A DNA stretch of 64,000 nucleotides from Spirochaetia bacterium (lineage in GTDB: Bacteria > Spirochaetota > Spirochaetia > SZUA-6 > Bin103): the NCBI GenBank assembly GCA_965208575.1, contig CBDBOV010000006.1, positions 1,568,001-1,632,000 of the forward strand. Direction: 5' to 3'. Both the position numbers and the translations under genes were made by a program. The notes under the pieces were generated by a model that saw nothing but the letters and a program-made list of their open reading frames with translations, was not told the origin of the DNA and ran no database searches. Position 1 is the first letter of the stretch; the number at the start of each line of letters is the position of its first letter. This document shows, in pieces, positions 40,170 through 50,140 of the stretch.

Positions 40170-40703
40170 CTACTGCGGGCCGGTGGAGTTGGCGCCGCCG
40201 CTCTGCACGCCGCTGCGTTCCACTTCGGCCTGGAACGCATGGCAGATGTGCTGCTGCAGCTCCTGCTCGGTCATGTCCCGGGTGAGCAGTTCGCTGAAGA
40301 ACTGGCGCTTGCTCAGCCGGCAGATGCCGGACAGTGCCGTCAGGTAGTCGCGGTGGTTGTCGGGCGGTGTGGCGAGCACGAACAGCAGGCGTACCGGCTC
40401 GCCGTCGACCGAATGGTAGTCGATCCCGGTACGCGAGATGCCAAGCGCGATGGTGACCTCGCTGACGCCGTCGGTCTGGCCGTGCGCGGCGGCGACGCCG
40501 TGGCCGATGCCGGTGGTCTGGATATGCTCCCGGCGCACCACGGCACTCTCCACCGCTGCCCGCTGCTCACCGTTGGCGAACACGGAGGCGCGTCCGACGA
40601 CCTCGTGAATGGCCGCGAACTTGTCCGTGCTCTGCAGGTTGTCTACCACGGTACCTGGTTCAAAACAACGCAGCATTTGACGCTTCTTTTGCGAAACTAT
40701 CAA
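40170..40703 (-). CDS. PTS EIIA (Ntr/Fru-type) domain protein
   Basis: RREHIQTTGIGHGVAAAH, GIDYHSVDGEPVRLLF. Confidence 0.88.
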   Translation of the reverse strand: MIVSQKKRQMLRCFEPGTVVDNLQSTDKFAAIHEVVGRASVFANGEQRAAVESAVVRREHIQTTGIGHGVAAAHGQTDGVSEVTIALGISRTGIDYHSVDGEPVRLLFVLATPPDNHRDYLTALSGICRLSKRQFFSELLTRDMTEQELQQHICHAFQAEVERSGVQSGGANSTGPQ

Positions 40704-40825
40704 CCGCGGTTGATGGCGTCAAGAGCAGTTCGAGCGATCAATCGGTTAGATTGCCGTACCACGCGGGCCGAACGCCCGCGCGCCCGCGCGCGGGTGACCG
40801 CTTGGGACCGGTCTGCTACGGTACG

Positions 40826-40953
40826 CGCGGCGGATGCGGTTGAGACGCGGCGGGATGCGGTTGAGACGCGGCGGGATGCGGTTGAGACGCGGCGGGATGC
40901 GGGTTGAGGCGCGACGGGATGCGGGTTGAGGCGCGACGGGATGCGGGTTGAGG
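40826..40953 (+). repeat. Tandem 21/22-bp repeat array covering the purL start codon
   Basis: About 3x GGGATGCGGTTGAGACGCGGC, then 2x GGGATGCGGGTTGAGGCGCGAC, then the purL start ATGCGGGTTGAG. Confidence 0.9.
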
Positions 40954-43900
40954 TCTGGTTCCGGGACGAGGTCGGCGACGGACGCGCGGCAGGCGTATTG
41001 GCGGCATTGCGCGCCGGCGGCGTGCCGGACCTGCAGGCGGTAAGCATCCGCGACGTGTACCTGGTGGACGGGGTGCCGGGGCTGCGGCCGCGCGACCTGG
41101 TCGACCTGGTGTGCGATCCGGTCGCGCAGCGGGCATCGGTACGCGCCGCGCCCGCCGGTACGGCGCCGCCCTGGGACCTGCTCCTGGAGGTGGCCGCCAG
41201 GCCGGGGGTGACCGATCCGGTGGCCACCAGCCTGCGCGGCGCGCTGCGCGCCGTCCTCGGGTTGCCGGTGCCGGACGCTGCGCTGGTGCAGACGGCGCGC
41301 CAGTACCTGTTGCACAGCGGTGCGCTGCACGGCGGCGGGCTGCACGCCGTTCCCGAGCGGGCGTTCGGGGGCCTGTGCAACCCGCTGATTCAGGACGAGC
41401 TGACCATCGCCGCGCACCAGTGGCGCGCCGGCCGCCGGCCGCCGCGCATCTACCCCGCGGCCGGAGGCGCCGCGCGGGTGCCGGCGTCCGGCCCGCCGCG
41501 CACCGCCCGCCTTCCGGTCGCGGCCATGTCGGACGGCGAGTTGGCGGCCCTCTCCGAGGAGCGCCTGCTGGCGCTGTCCGTGGCCGAGATGCAAGCCATT
41601 CGCGACTACTATCGCATCCCCGCCACGCGGCAGCGCCGCCGCCGCACCGGCCTCGGAGATGCCGCCACCGACGTGGAGCTGGAGATGCTCGCCCAGACCT
41701 GGTCCGAGCACTGCAAGCACAAGATCTTTGGTGCGGCCATCGAGTACCGCGACGGCGACCGCGTGGAGGTGATCGATTCGCTGTTCGATACCTGCATCCG
41801 CGCCACCACGCGCGCCGTGGACCGCGGCGACGGCTTCCTGCGCTCGGTGTTCCACGACAACTCCGGGGTCATCGAGTTCGATGCCGACACCTTGCTGTGC
41901 TTCAAGGCGGAGACGCACAACTCGCCGTCGGCGCTCGATCCCTATGGCGGCGCCATCACCGGCATCGTGGGGGTCAACCGCGACATCATCGGCACCGGCC
42001 GCGGTGCGCGGCCGATCTTCAACACCAACGTGTTGTGCTTTGCTCCGCCCGACCTGACCGACGTGCCGGCCGGCCTGCTGCCGCCGCGCCAGGTGCTCGC
42101 CGGCGTGCACCGCGGCATCGTGGACGGCGGCAACCAGTCCGGCATCCCGACCGTGGCCGGCGCGCTGCTGTTCGACGCCAGCTTCGTGGGCAAGCCGCTG
42201 GTGTTCTGCGGCACCGGCGGCATCCTGCCGGCACAGCTCGACGGGGCGCCGTCATGGGAAGCCGAGCCGCACGCCGGCGACCGGGCGGTGATGGCCGGCG
42301 GGCGCATCGGGCGCGACGGCATCCACGGCGCCACCTTCTCGTCGCTGGCGCTGGACGAGTCCTCGCCGCTGTCGGCGGTGCAGATCGGCGATCCGATCAC
42401 ACAGAAGAAGATGGCGGACTTCCTGCTGGAGGCGCGCGACCTGGGGCTGTACCGCGCCATTACCGACAACGGCGCCGGCGGCCTGTCGTCGTCGTTCGGG
42501 GAGATGGCGGAGGCGTGCGGAGGCGTGCGGCTGGAGCTGGATCGCGCGCCGCTGAAGTACCAGGGTCTGGCACCGTGGGAGATCCTGGTGTCCGAGTCGC
42601 AGGAGCGGATGAGCCTCGCGGTGCCGCCCGAGCACTACGAGGCATTGGCGGAGCTGGCCGCGCGGCGCGAGGTGGAGGTCACCGACCTGGGCGAGTTCAC
42701 CGCGGACGGCACCGTCGAGTTGCACTACGCCGGCGAGCTGGTCGGGCTGCTCGACCTGCAGTTCCTGCATCACGGCCTGCCGAAGATGAAGCTGCGCGCG
42801 GTGTGGCAGGCGCCGGAGCCGGCGGCGGTGGACGCGGGCCGCCCGCCGCCGGCGCCGCAAGAGGTGCTGCCGCGCCTGCTGGCGGATCCCAACATCGCCT
42901 CCAAGGAGCCGCTGGTGCGCCAGTACGACCACGAGGTGCAGGCGTTGACCGTCGGCAAGCCGTTTGTCGGCCGCCGCATGGACGGCCCCGGCGACGGCGC
43001 CGTGCTGCGCCCGCGCGCCGGCTCGACGCGGGCCATCACCGTCACGCACGGCATCTGTCCCTGGTACGCGGCGCACGATGCCTACCACATGGCGATGTGC
43101 GCGGTGGACGAGGCGGTGCGCGCCCACGTGGCGTGCGGCGGTGACCCGGAGCGGATGGCGGGCTTGGACAACTTCTGTTGGCCCGATCCGGTCGCCGGCC
43201 CCGACAACCCGGAGGGCGAGTTCCTGCTCGCCCAGCTCGTGCGTGCCGCCCGCGGGCTCAGAGAGGCGTGCCTGGCGTACCGGCTGCCGCTCGTGTCCGG
43301 CAAGGACTCGATGAAGAACAACGCCGTGGTGGACGGGCGGCGGATCGCGGTGCTGCCCACCCTGCTGGTGTCCGTGCTCGGCATCATGGCCGACCTGCGC
43401 CGCTCGCCGAGCACCGACTTCAAGCGGCCCGGCGACCTGGTCTACCTGGTCGGCGACGACCGCGGCGAGTTGGGCGCCACCGCCTACGCCCGCCTGCTGG
43501 CCGCGAGCGGTGCTGCGCTGCCGATTGCCGAGCGGCAGCGCCACTGTCCGACCGTGGATGCGCAGGCCGCGATGCGCCGCTACGGACGACTGCACGGCGC
43601 CATCGCAGCCGGCTGGGTCAATGCGGCGCACGACGTGTCCGACGGCGGCCTGGCCGTCGCCCTGGCCGAGTGCGCCATCGGCGGCCGCCTCGGCGCCCGT
43701 ATCGACCTGGCCCGGGTGCCGGCAGCCGACGAGCACATGCGTGCGGATGGCGCCGCGCACCGGCGCGCCGGCCTGCTGTTCAGCGAGTCCGCCGGGCGCA
43801 TCGTGGTGACGGTGCCGCCCGCCGCGGCCGACCGCGTGGATCAGCAGTTTCGCGGCCTCCCGTGTGCGGCGGTGGGCGAGGTGACCGGCGACGACCGCCT

Positions 43901-43979
43901 TACCGTGCTCGATGGCGGCGAGCCGGTGGCCGCCTGGCCGGTGGCCGAGCTGGTACGCGCCTGGAAGACGCCGATATGA
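40941..43979 (+). CDS. purL: Phosphoribosylformylglycinamidine synthase, synthetase subunit (with N-terminal PurS-like region)
   Basis: QTWSEHCKHK, KAETHNSPS, DNGAGG, SESQERM, SGKDS, HDVSDGG. Confidence 0.95.
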   Translation: MRVEVWFRDEVGDGRAAGVLAALRAGGVPDLQAVSIRDVYLVDGVPGLRPRDLVDLVCDPVAQRASVRAAPAGTAPPWDLLLEVAARPGVTDPVATSLRGALRAVLGLPVPDAALVQTARQYLLHSGALHGGGLHAVPERAFGGLCNPLIQDELTIAAHQWRAGRRPPRIYPAAGGAARVPASGPPRTARLPVAAMSDGELAALSEERLLALSVAEMQAIRDYYRIPATRQRRRRTGLGDAATDVELEMLAQTWSEHCKHKIFGAAIEYRDGDRVEVIDSLFDTCIRATTRAVDRGDGFLRSVFHDNSGVIEFDADTLLCFKAETHNSPSALDPYGGAITGIVGVNRDIIGTGRGARPIFNTNVLCFAPPDLTDVPAGLLPPRQVLAGVHRGIVDGGNQSGIPTVAGALLFDASFVGKPLVFCGTGGILPAQLDGAPSWEAEPHAGDRAVMAGGRIGRDGIHGATFSSLALDESSPLSAVQIGDPITQKKMADFLLEARDLGLYRAITDNGAGGLSSSFGEMAEACGGVRLELDRAPLKYQGLAPWEILVSESQERMSLAVPPEHYEALAELAARREVEVTDLGEFTADGTVELHYAGELVGLLDLQFLHHGLPKMKLRAVWQAPEPAAVDAGRPPPAPQEVLPRLLADPNIASKEPLVRQYDHEVQALTVGKPFVGRRMDGPGDGAVLRPRAGSTRAITVTHGICPWYAAHDAYHMAMCAVDEAVRAHVACGGDPERMAGLDNFCWPDPVAGPDNPEGEFLLAQLVRAARGLREACLAYRLPLVSGKDSMKNNAVVDGRRIAVLPTLLVSVLGIMADLRRSPSTDFKRPGDLVYLVGDDRGELGATAYARLLAASGAALPIAERQRHCPTVDAQAAMRRYGRLHGAIAAGWVNAAHDVSDGGLAVALAECAIGGRLGARIDLARVPAADEHMRADGAAHRRAGLLFSESAGRIVVTVPPAAADRVDQQFRGLPCAAVGEVTGDDRLTVLDGGEPVAAWPVAELVRAWKTPI

Positions 43980-44797
43980 GCACCGGCGTCCGGGTGTGCA
44001 TCATCACCGGTTTCGGCATCAACACCGACCGCGAGATGGCGAGGGCGTTCGAGCTCACGGGGGCGCAACCGGTACGCGTGCACGCCAACGACCTGATCGC
44101 CGATCCTGCCGCGCTCGACCGGTTCGCGATCTTCGTGGTGCCGGGCGGGTTCTCGTTCGGCGATCACGTCGGCTCCGGGGCGTTGCTGGCCGCCCTGCTG
44201 ATGCGCTCCCTGCGCGAGCCGCTGGCGCGGTTCGTGGACCGCGGCGGCCTGGTACTGGGCGTGTGCAACGGCTTCCAGGTACTGGTGCGCATGGGCCTGG
44301 TGCCCGGCGGCGTCGCCGCAGGCGGCATGGCGCAGTCGGTGGCCCTGGTGCACAACGACTCCGGTCGCTTCGAGGACCGCTGGGTCAGGGTGGCGTTCGA
44401 CGCCGCCTCGCCATGCGTGTGGACGCGCGGCATCGCCGCGCTGGAACTGCCGGTGCGCCACGGCGAAGGCAAGCTGGTCGCCTCGGCGGCGCAACTCGCC
44501 GCCATCGACGCCGCCCACCTCGGCGCGGCCCGCTACGCTCTGACCGCTCCCGAGTCGGCGTCCGCCGGCGGATCTCCGCTGCCCTACCCCGCCAACCCCA
44601 ACGGCTCACTGCGCGACCTGGCCGGCCTGTGCGACCCCAGCGGCCAGGTGCTCGGCCTGATGCCGCACCCCGAGGCGTTCCTGCACCGCTACCATCACCC
44701 CGCCTGGCGCAACGCCACCGGCGCCGCGGCGTCCGTCCTCGACGAGGCCGCCCTCGGGCTGTTCCGCAACGCCGTTCGCCACGCCGCATCCGCCTGA
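43976..44797 (+). CDS. purQ: FGAM synthase glutaminase subunit
   Basis: PGGFSFGD, GVCNGFQ, HGEG, LMPHPE. Confidence 0.95.
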   Translation: MSTGVRVCIITGFGINTDREMARAFELTGAQPVRVHANDLIADPAALDRFAIFVVPGGFSFGDHVGSGALLAALLMRSLREPLARFVDRGGLVLGVCNGFQVLVRMGLVPGGVAAGGMAQSVALVHNDSGRFEDRWVRVAFDAASPCVWTRGIAALELPVRHGEGKLVASAAQLAAIDAAHLGAARYALTAPESASAGGSPLPYPANPNGSLRDLAGLCDPSGQVLGLMPHPEAFLHRYHHPAWRNATGAAASVLDEAALGLFRNAVRHAASA

Positions 44798-44887
44798 CCA
44801 TGAGCCGGTCGCGCGCAACGCTCGCGCACCGCGCCCGGGTGTCGACGCGGCACTGCCGGCAGCGGTATATTATCCGTCACGAACCGC

Positions 44888-44961
44888 GGGGGCGTAGCTC
44901 AGTTGGCTAGAGCGCGTGAATGGCATTCACGAGGTCGTGGGTTCGATTCCCGTCGCCTCCA
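44888..44961 (+). tRNA. tRNA-Ala(GGC)
   Basis: GGGGGCGTAGCTCAGTTGGCTAGAGC...ATGGCAT...GGTTCGATTCCCGTCGCCTCCA. Confidence 0.95.
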
Positions 44962-45169
44962 CACTCCACCAACCTCCACACTCTTGACCGCGACTAGCCC
45001 GCGACCGTGCGCGGTGCAATTCGGCTCCAACGACGCTGCTCCTCGAACACCGCGGTACGACCGGTACGGTGACGAAATGGTGTTCACTCGGTGAAAGACA
45101 GTATTTCTTCCGTGTAATCCGCGAGTGACCCAGGCGACAGTCGCACACGTTCCGTGCAGTATTGACGGC

Positions 45170-47291
45170 AATGGAAGCGGTCGAAGTTCACCGAGCCCCA
45201 CTGAACCAGTCGACGGCGACGCGTGCCGGGGGCCGGCGCCGGAGGTTCGCTCCGGCTGCGCTGGCGGTGTTTGTGACCCTGGTGTCGTCGGGCTGTTCCC
45301 AGGTCAGCCCGGTGGGGCCGGTGCAGCCGGTGGCGCCGGTGCGGTTCCAAGGGACCGTCGTCGACCGGACCTATTCGACCGGTGAGGCCATGGCGCTCGC
45401 CCTGCCCCCGGCCAGCGGCGGCAACGGCGCGCTGACCTACTCTCTGCGACCGGCGATCCCGGGGCTGGCTTTCGACGCGGATGAGCGCACGCTGCGCGGC
45501 ACGCCGACCGAGCCCGGCCGCCACCGGATGACCTACACGGCGACCGATGGCAGGGAACGGGTGACCCACACCTTTACCATCACCCTCGAAGATGACTCCA
45601 TCTACCGTCTGAAACTCAGGTACCGCGGGACCGGGGATCAGGTGTTCGTGCTGAATCCGGATGGCGAGCATCTCGATGACACCCCCCATGCGCTGGATCT
45701 GGGAGACGCCACGGCAGAGGTGTACCTGATCGCGACCAACACCGCGGACCACGACATGGATCCGCACGTCGAGAGAATCGACCTCGGGGACGGCGCGGCA
45801 GAGGGGCCGCATCCGGCGGCGCGGGACGACCGTGCGGGGCAGCCGAGAGCGGCGGCGAACGCGCGCGTGGCCGAACGGGAGTGGATCACCGAGTTCAACA
45901 ACAACCCGCCTCTGTCGGGAAGAGGCGCGGGGATGCGGTCGGTGGCAAGCGCCCCGTCGCGGCGAGGCGTCGCGGAGGGAGACCGGGAAATCTTCAGAGA
46001 TCTGGACGACAATCAGAACATCGTCTCCATCCCCGCCACCGCCCGCGAAGTGGTCACCGACGGATACCGGACGGCAGCGTTGTGGGTGGCCGACCGGGAT
46101 TGGGGGCCGAACTGCCGCGGTGCCGGGCCGTGCCTGACCAGGGAGATGGTTGAGGCGTTGGGTGACCGGTTTCTTCGCCCCGGCGCCGGCAACGACATTT
46201 ACGACTGGGTGACGGCGATCTACGGAGATCCGTGGGGACGGCACCGCTATGTGAACTTGATCCCCGCGGCGGCCGCGCGCGAGATTCATATCCTGCTGTT
46301 CGACATCGATCGCGACGGAGCACCGGAACCCGGTGAGTGCCGCATCGTTGGCTTCTTCTGGACGGTACACAATTTCCGCCGCAGTCCTGATCCTCCAATC
46401 AACCGAGTCTCGGCCGAGCGGCTGATCTTCTTCATGGATTCGGTGTACATGGCGCTCCCGGAAGGTGCCACCTGGGAGCTGACGGATCGGGGGCCGAGCG
46501 TGGTGATTTCGGCCCTCGCGCATGAGTTCCAGCACATGATCCACTTCTATCAGAAGCCGGTTCTGCGTGACGCCAAGAGCGAGGCGTGGCTGAACGAGAT
46601 GGCATCGGAAGTGGCGCAGGATCTGATCGCCGACAAGCAGGGGGTGAACGGACCGCGCGGGGTCGCGTACGACGATCCGACCGCGGGGGCGCCGGGGAAC
46701 AAAGCCGGTCGATTACCCTACTACAACCTGTTCAACGACGTTCAAGTCACGACGTGGGATAAGAAGATCGCCAACTACGCGGTGAACTACGCGCTCGGCG
46801 CCTACCTGGCGCGCACGTATGGAGGAGCCGAGCTGTTCAGTGCAATCGTGCAGAGCAACAGCGCGGGGGTGGGCGCGATCGAAGCAGCACTGGCGGCTAC
46901 CGGCCATGCGGTGTCGTTCGGCGAGATACTGGCGGACTGGGCGGTGGCGGCGCTGCTGTCGGACAACCCCGCAGCCCCGAGTCGGTACCGATACAACCCG
47001 GGGACCTGGAGCACCTCGTTCAGCGGCGGCGAGGAGTTCCGGCTGGGGTCGATCGATCTGTACCGTTACCGCTACGAGCCGCCGGAACAGGTGTCGGACT
47101 GCATCGGGCCGGACGTGGCGAACCGGCCGGCGCAGGAGGGCCCGTACCTGCACTCGCTGCAAACTTTCAACGCGCGTCCACAGCCGCCGCACTCCAACAT
47201 GATCGCCGCGCTCGGACGCAACAGCGGGCGAGTCCGGCTGCGCGTCACCGCGGCCGGCGGCAACCGCATCACGGTAGTGGTGAAGGAATGA
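45170..47291 (+). CDS. Lipoprotein zinc metallopeptidase (M30/hyicolysin-like) with an N-terminal putative Ig domain
   Basis: Lipobox-like SSGC; ASGGNGALTYSL..IPGLAFD..RTLRGTPT (Ig-like); LAHEFQHMI...WLNEM. Start uncertain (ORF from 45162). Confidence 0.8.
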
Positions 47292-47326
47292 GAGGTCGGT
47301 GTGGCTGAAGCTGAACGCAGTTGCCC

Positions 47327-47365
47327 TTGACAGGGATTAATGACCATTAATAACATTAATCAATA
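47327..47365 (+). promoter_or_regulatory. Sigma70-like promoter overlapped by an AT-rich palindromic operator
   Basis: TTGACA-N18-TAACAT, with the ATTAATG-AC-CATTAAT inverted repeat and a third ATTAAT. Confidence 0.55.
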
Positions 47366-47425
47366 GTATTCTGCCCGGCCGCGGCTGCGCCGTCCTGTTC
47401 ATAGCCGGGTGGGCGGAGGGTTACG

Positions 47426-47818
47426 ATGAAAGCGGTACGCTCCAACTACTCGTTACGTCTTCTCGGGCATCTTGCCTCCACGAGCTGGGTGGCGTGGGAC
47501 ACCAGGCACAACAGCCCCGTTCACGCGGTGAACGGTAAGCCGGAGACCATGGAGTTTCACGAAGACGGCATCTTCATATCGGTGGTCGCGTGCATCAGGA
47601 CGGTCGGTACCTGGGACATACAGGAACTGCGATGCGGGGCGAGTCTGTGCGTCTGGGTGGGCAATCAGCTTTTCGGGTGGCCTGTCGAGATGATAGGCCA
47701 GGATGTCATGACCTTTCCGACCTTTGCCCATCCCGTGTACTACCGGAGGTGCCTGTTGATCGGGAGCGCGATACTCGTCAACGGCAAGCGCGGCGAGCAT
47801 CTCGTCTTCTGCCGCTAG
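47426..47818 (+). CDS. Hypothetical protein (beta-rich)
   Basis: GGAGG RBS, promoter upstream, 130-aa ORF converging on the next gene. Confidence 0.5.
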   Translation: MKAVRSNYSLRLLGHLASTSWVAWDTRHNSPVHAVNGKPETMEFHEDGIFISVVACIRTVGTWDIQELRCGASLCVWVGNQLFGWPVEMIGQDVMTFPTFAHPVYYRRCLLIGSAILVNGKRGEHLVFCR

Positions 47819-47819
47819 C

Positions 47820-48092
47820 TCAACGCCGGCGGCGGCGGAAGATGGGGTGCAGGTACTGGTCGAGGTTCCAGCGTTTCTGGACCCAGCGCATGACGGCTCC
47901 GTAGGCGAAGAAGGTGATCACGATCGGTACGCCGATGATCAGGAAGCCGATCAGCCCGGCCAGCGGGCTGGACGAGTCGCGGAACAGGGAAGAGGCGATC
48001 ACGAACGAGGCGATCAGCAGGACTCCCATCAGCAGCAGGTTGAATACCGTGGCGACCAGGATGAAGACGGCGGTGTTGGCTTTCTTGTTCAC
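47820..48092 (-). CDS. Small two-TM membrane protein coupled to lspA
   Basis: MNKKANTAVFILVATVFNLLLM...; GTGA overlap with the lspA stop. Confidence 0.8.
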   Translation of the reverse strand: MNKKANTAVFILVATVFNLLLMGVLLIASFVIASSLFRDSSSPLAGLIGFLIIGVPIVITFFAYGAVMRWVQKRWNLDQYLHPIFRRRRR

Positions 48093-48622
48093 GGCGTATC
48101 CCTCCGATGTGCGCGCAGTTCCGCGCCGAGAAAGGTAACGAGCAGCAGGATGCCGCCCACCACGACCGACGAGTCGGCGACGTTGAAGGTGGGGTAGCGC
48201 TCCATCCCGAACAGGCCGTAAAACTTCACGTCGACGAAGTCCACCACCCCCTGCGGGCGGAACACCCGGTCCACCATGTTGGCCAGACCGCCGCCGAGTA
48301 CCGCCGCCACCAGCCAGCGCTGGAAGCGCGAGAGATCGTCGGTGCGCAGATAGTAGACCAGAACAAACGCCAGCACCACCAGCGGCAGGACCAGGAACAG
48401 GGGCCGGCGCACCTGCTCGGGCAACGAGTGGCCGATGGAGAAGGCGATGGCCGGGTTGTGCACCAGGGTGAGGCGCAGCAGGTCTCCGATCACCTCCTGG
48501 GGGCGCCCCGGCGGCAGGCTGGCGATGGCCAGCGCCTTGGTCGCCTGGTCGGCGGCGAGGATGACCGGCGCCAACAGCAGCGGCAGCAGGCGGCCCCTGC
48601 GCGCGGAGCGATAGTGGTTCAT
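48089..48622 (-). CDS. lspA: Lipoprotein signal peptidase
   Basis: ADQATK, HNPAIAFS, GGLANMVDR, VVDF, FNVAD. Confidence 0.93.
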   Translation of the reverse strand: MNHYRSARRGRLLPLLLAPVILAADQATKALAIASLPPGRPQEVIGDLLRLTLVHNPAIAFSIGHSLPEQVRRPLFLVLPLVVLAFVLVYYLRTDDLSRFQRWLVAAVLGGGLANMVDRVFRPQGVVDFVDVKFYGLFGMERYPTFNVADSSVVVGGILLLVTFLGAELRAHRRDTP

Positions 48623-49401
48623 AGGCCGGTGGCGACGTCGATGAGGGTGGTTTCCACGCCCAGGTCGCCGGCCAGCCGCCTGGCCACCGAGCGCACGCCG
48701 AACACCTCCGACAGGTAGTGGCCGCCGGATACCACGTGGATGCCCGCCTCCAGCGCGGCGTGGTAGTTTTCGTGCGACGCGTCGCCGGTCACGAACAGGT
48801 CCGCGCCGGCTTCGATCGCGGCGGCGAGTTCGCGGTTGCCGCCGCCGGAGACCAGCGCCACCCGCGCGATGCGTTCCGGGCCGAACGGCAGCACCGCCAG
48901 GCAGTTGTGCTCGCCGCCGAACAGCCGGTCCGCCACTTCCGCCAGCGACAGCGGATTCGGCAGCCGGCCCTGGATGCCGATCGCCACGCCGCGGTATTCG
49001 CCGAACGGCGCCCGCCCGGCCAGGTCGAGCGCGTCCGCCAGGCCGGCGTTGTTGCCCAGCGTGGGGTGGCAGTCGAGCGGCAGGTGCAGGGCGTACAGCG
49101 CCAGGTCGTGCTCCAGCAGCGAGCGGACGCGCGCCAGGTGGGTGCCGGTGAGCGCCAGCGGGCGTCCCCAGAACAGGCCGTGGTGCACGAACAGCAGGTC
49201 GGCGTCCCAGTCGGCGGCGCGCTCGATGGTCTCCTGGCAGGCGTCCACCGCAAACGCGATGCGCGCCACGGTGGCGCCGGTGCGGCCCACCTGCAGCCCG
49301 TTCATCGCTACGTCCACTCGCGCCGCCTGCGCCCCCGCCGGGTTCTCCGGCCCCGCCACCAGCAGCCGGTGGGCGATCTGTACGAACTCCTCCAACAACA
49401 C
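48619..49401 (-). CDS. Nif3-like dinuclear metal centre protein
   Basis: NGLQV, VHHGLFW, HLPLDCHP, GHYLSE. Confidence 0.92.
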   Translation of the reverse strand: MLLEEFVQIAHRLLVAGPENPAGAQAARVDVAMNGLQVGRTGATVARIAFAVDACQETIERAADWDADLLFVHHGLFWGRPLALTGTHLARVRSLLEHDLALYALHLPLDCHPTLGNNAGLADALDLAGRAPFGEYRGVAIGIQGRLPNPLSLAEVADRLFGGEHNCLAVLPFGPERIARVALVSGGGNRELAAAIEAGADLFVTGDASHENYHAALEAGIHVVSGGHYLSEVFGVRSVARRLAGDLGVETTLIDVATGL

Positions 49402-49566
49402 GGCTCCCCCTCAGTATAACCCAAGCGCACGCGCCGCAGGTTCCCATAGGTTCCCATAGGGTGAGGGTTGAAGTGTGTAGTCATCTTTGACAACTTATCG
49501 TGTGACACCGGGACGAGACCGTCTCGTACTTGTCGGCCTTCTGCCGGAGGGTTACCATCGGTGCCC

Positions 49567-50058
49567 GTGAGTGACGGAGTCACAGCGCTGTTGGGCGTAG
49601 CGGGCGCGGTGGCGGCGATGTTGGCCGTACTGGTGCCGGTCATTCGCGCGCAGGGCGCGAGTCTGCGGCGCGAGATAGCAGCGCTACAGCACGCCCTGGA
49701 TGCGCAGGGAGAGGCTTTTCGGCGCGCTCTGGATGCGCAGGGAGAGACGTTTCGGCGCGCTCTGGATGCGCAGGGAGAGACGTTTCGGCGTGCCCTGGAT
49801 GAGCAGGGAGAGACGTTTCGGCGTGCCCTGGATGAGCAGGGCGCAAGTCTGAGGCGGGAGATCGACTCGCTACGGCGGGAGGTCGACGCGTTGCGCGTCG
49901 AAATGGGCGAGTTGCGTGCCGACGTCGCCGAGTTGCGCAGAGACGTGCATGCCCTGAGTGATCGAGTGGCGCGTGTCGAGGGCGCTCTGACCGGCCCATG
50001 GCGCCCCACCAACGGCACGCCGGCGCCCAGCACACCTCCAAAGGAGACCGACAAGTAG
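49567..50058 (+). CDS. Membrane-anchored coiled-coil protein with 11-aa tandem repeats
   Basis: N-terminal hydrophobic helix, (ALDAQGETFRR)-type repeats, heptad tail ending RVARVEG. Promoter-like TTGTCG-N17-TACCAT lies just upstream. Confidence 0.7.
   Translation: MSDGVTALLGVAGAVAAMLAVLVPVIRAQGASLRREIAALQHALDAQGEAFRRALDAQGETFRRALDAQGETFRRALDEQGETFRRALDEQGASLRREIDSLRREVDALRVEMGELRADVAELRRDVHALSDRVARVEGALTGPWRPTNGTPAPSTPPKETDK
49693..49845 (+). repeat. 33-bp tandem coding repeat (about 4.5 copies)
   Basis: GC(C/T)CTGGATG(C/A)GCAGGGAGAGACGTTTCGGCG(C/T) units. Confidence 0.9.
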
Positions 50059-50140
50059 CTCGCCCGGCCTTCCGCTGCATCGGCTGCTGCCAAGGTTGCG
50101 GGACAAACGCGGCGGGGGGCTGCCTCGCCGAGGAGGGTTG

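Noticed and set aside
40826-40953. Possible CRISPR array
   Set aside because: The units are directly adjacent with no unique spacers, and there are no cas genes in the window. It is a tandem repeat.
49693-49845. 33-bp repeats as a CRISPR array
   Set aside because: These are spacer-less, in-frame coding repeats.
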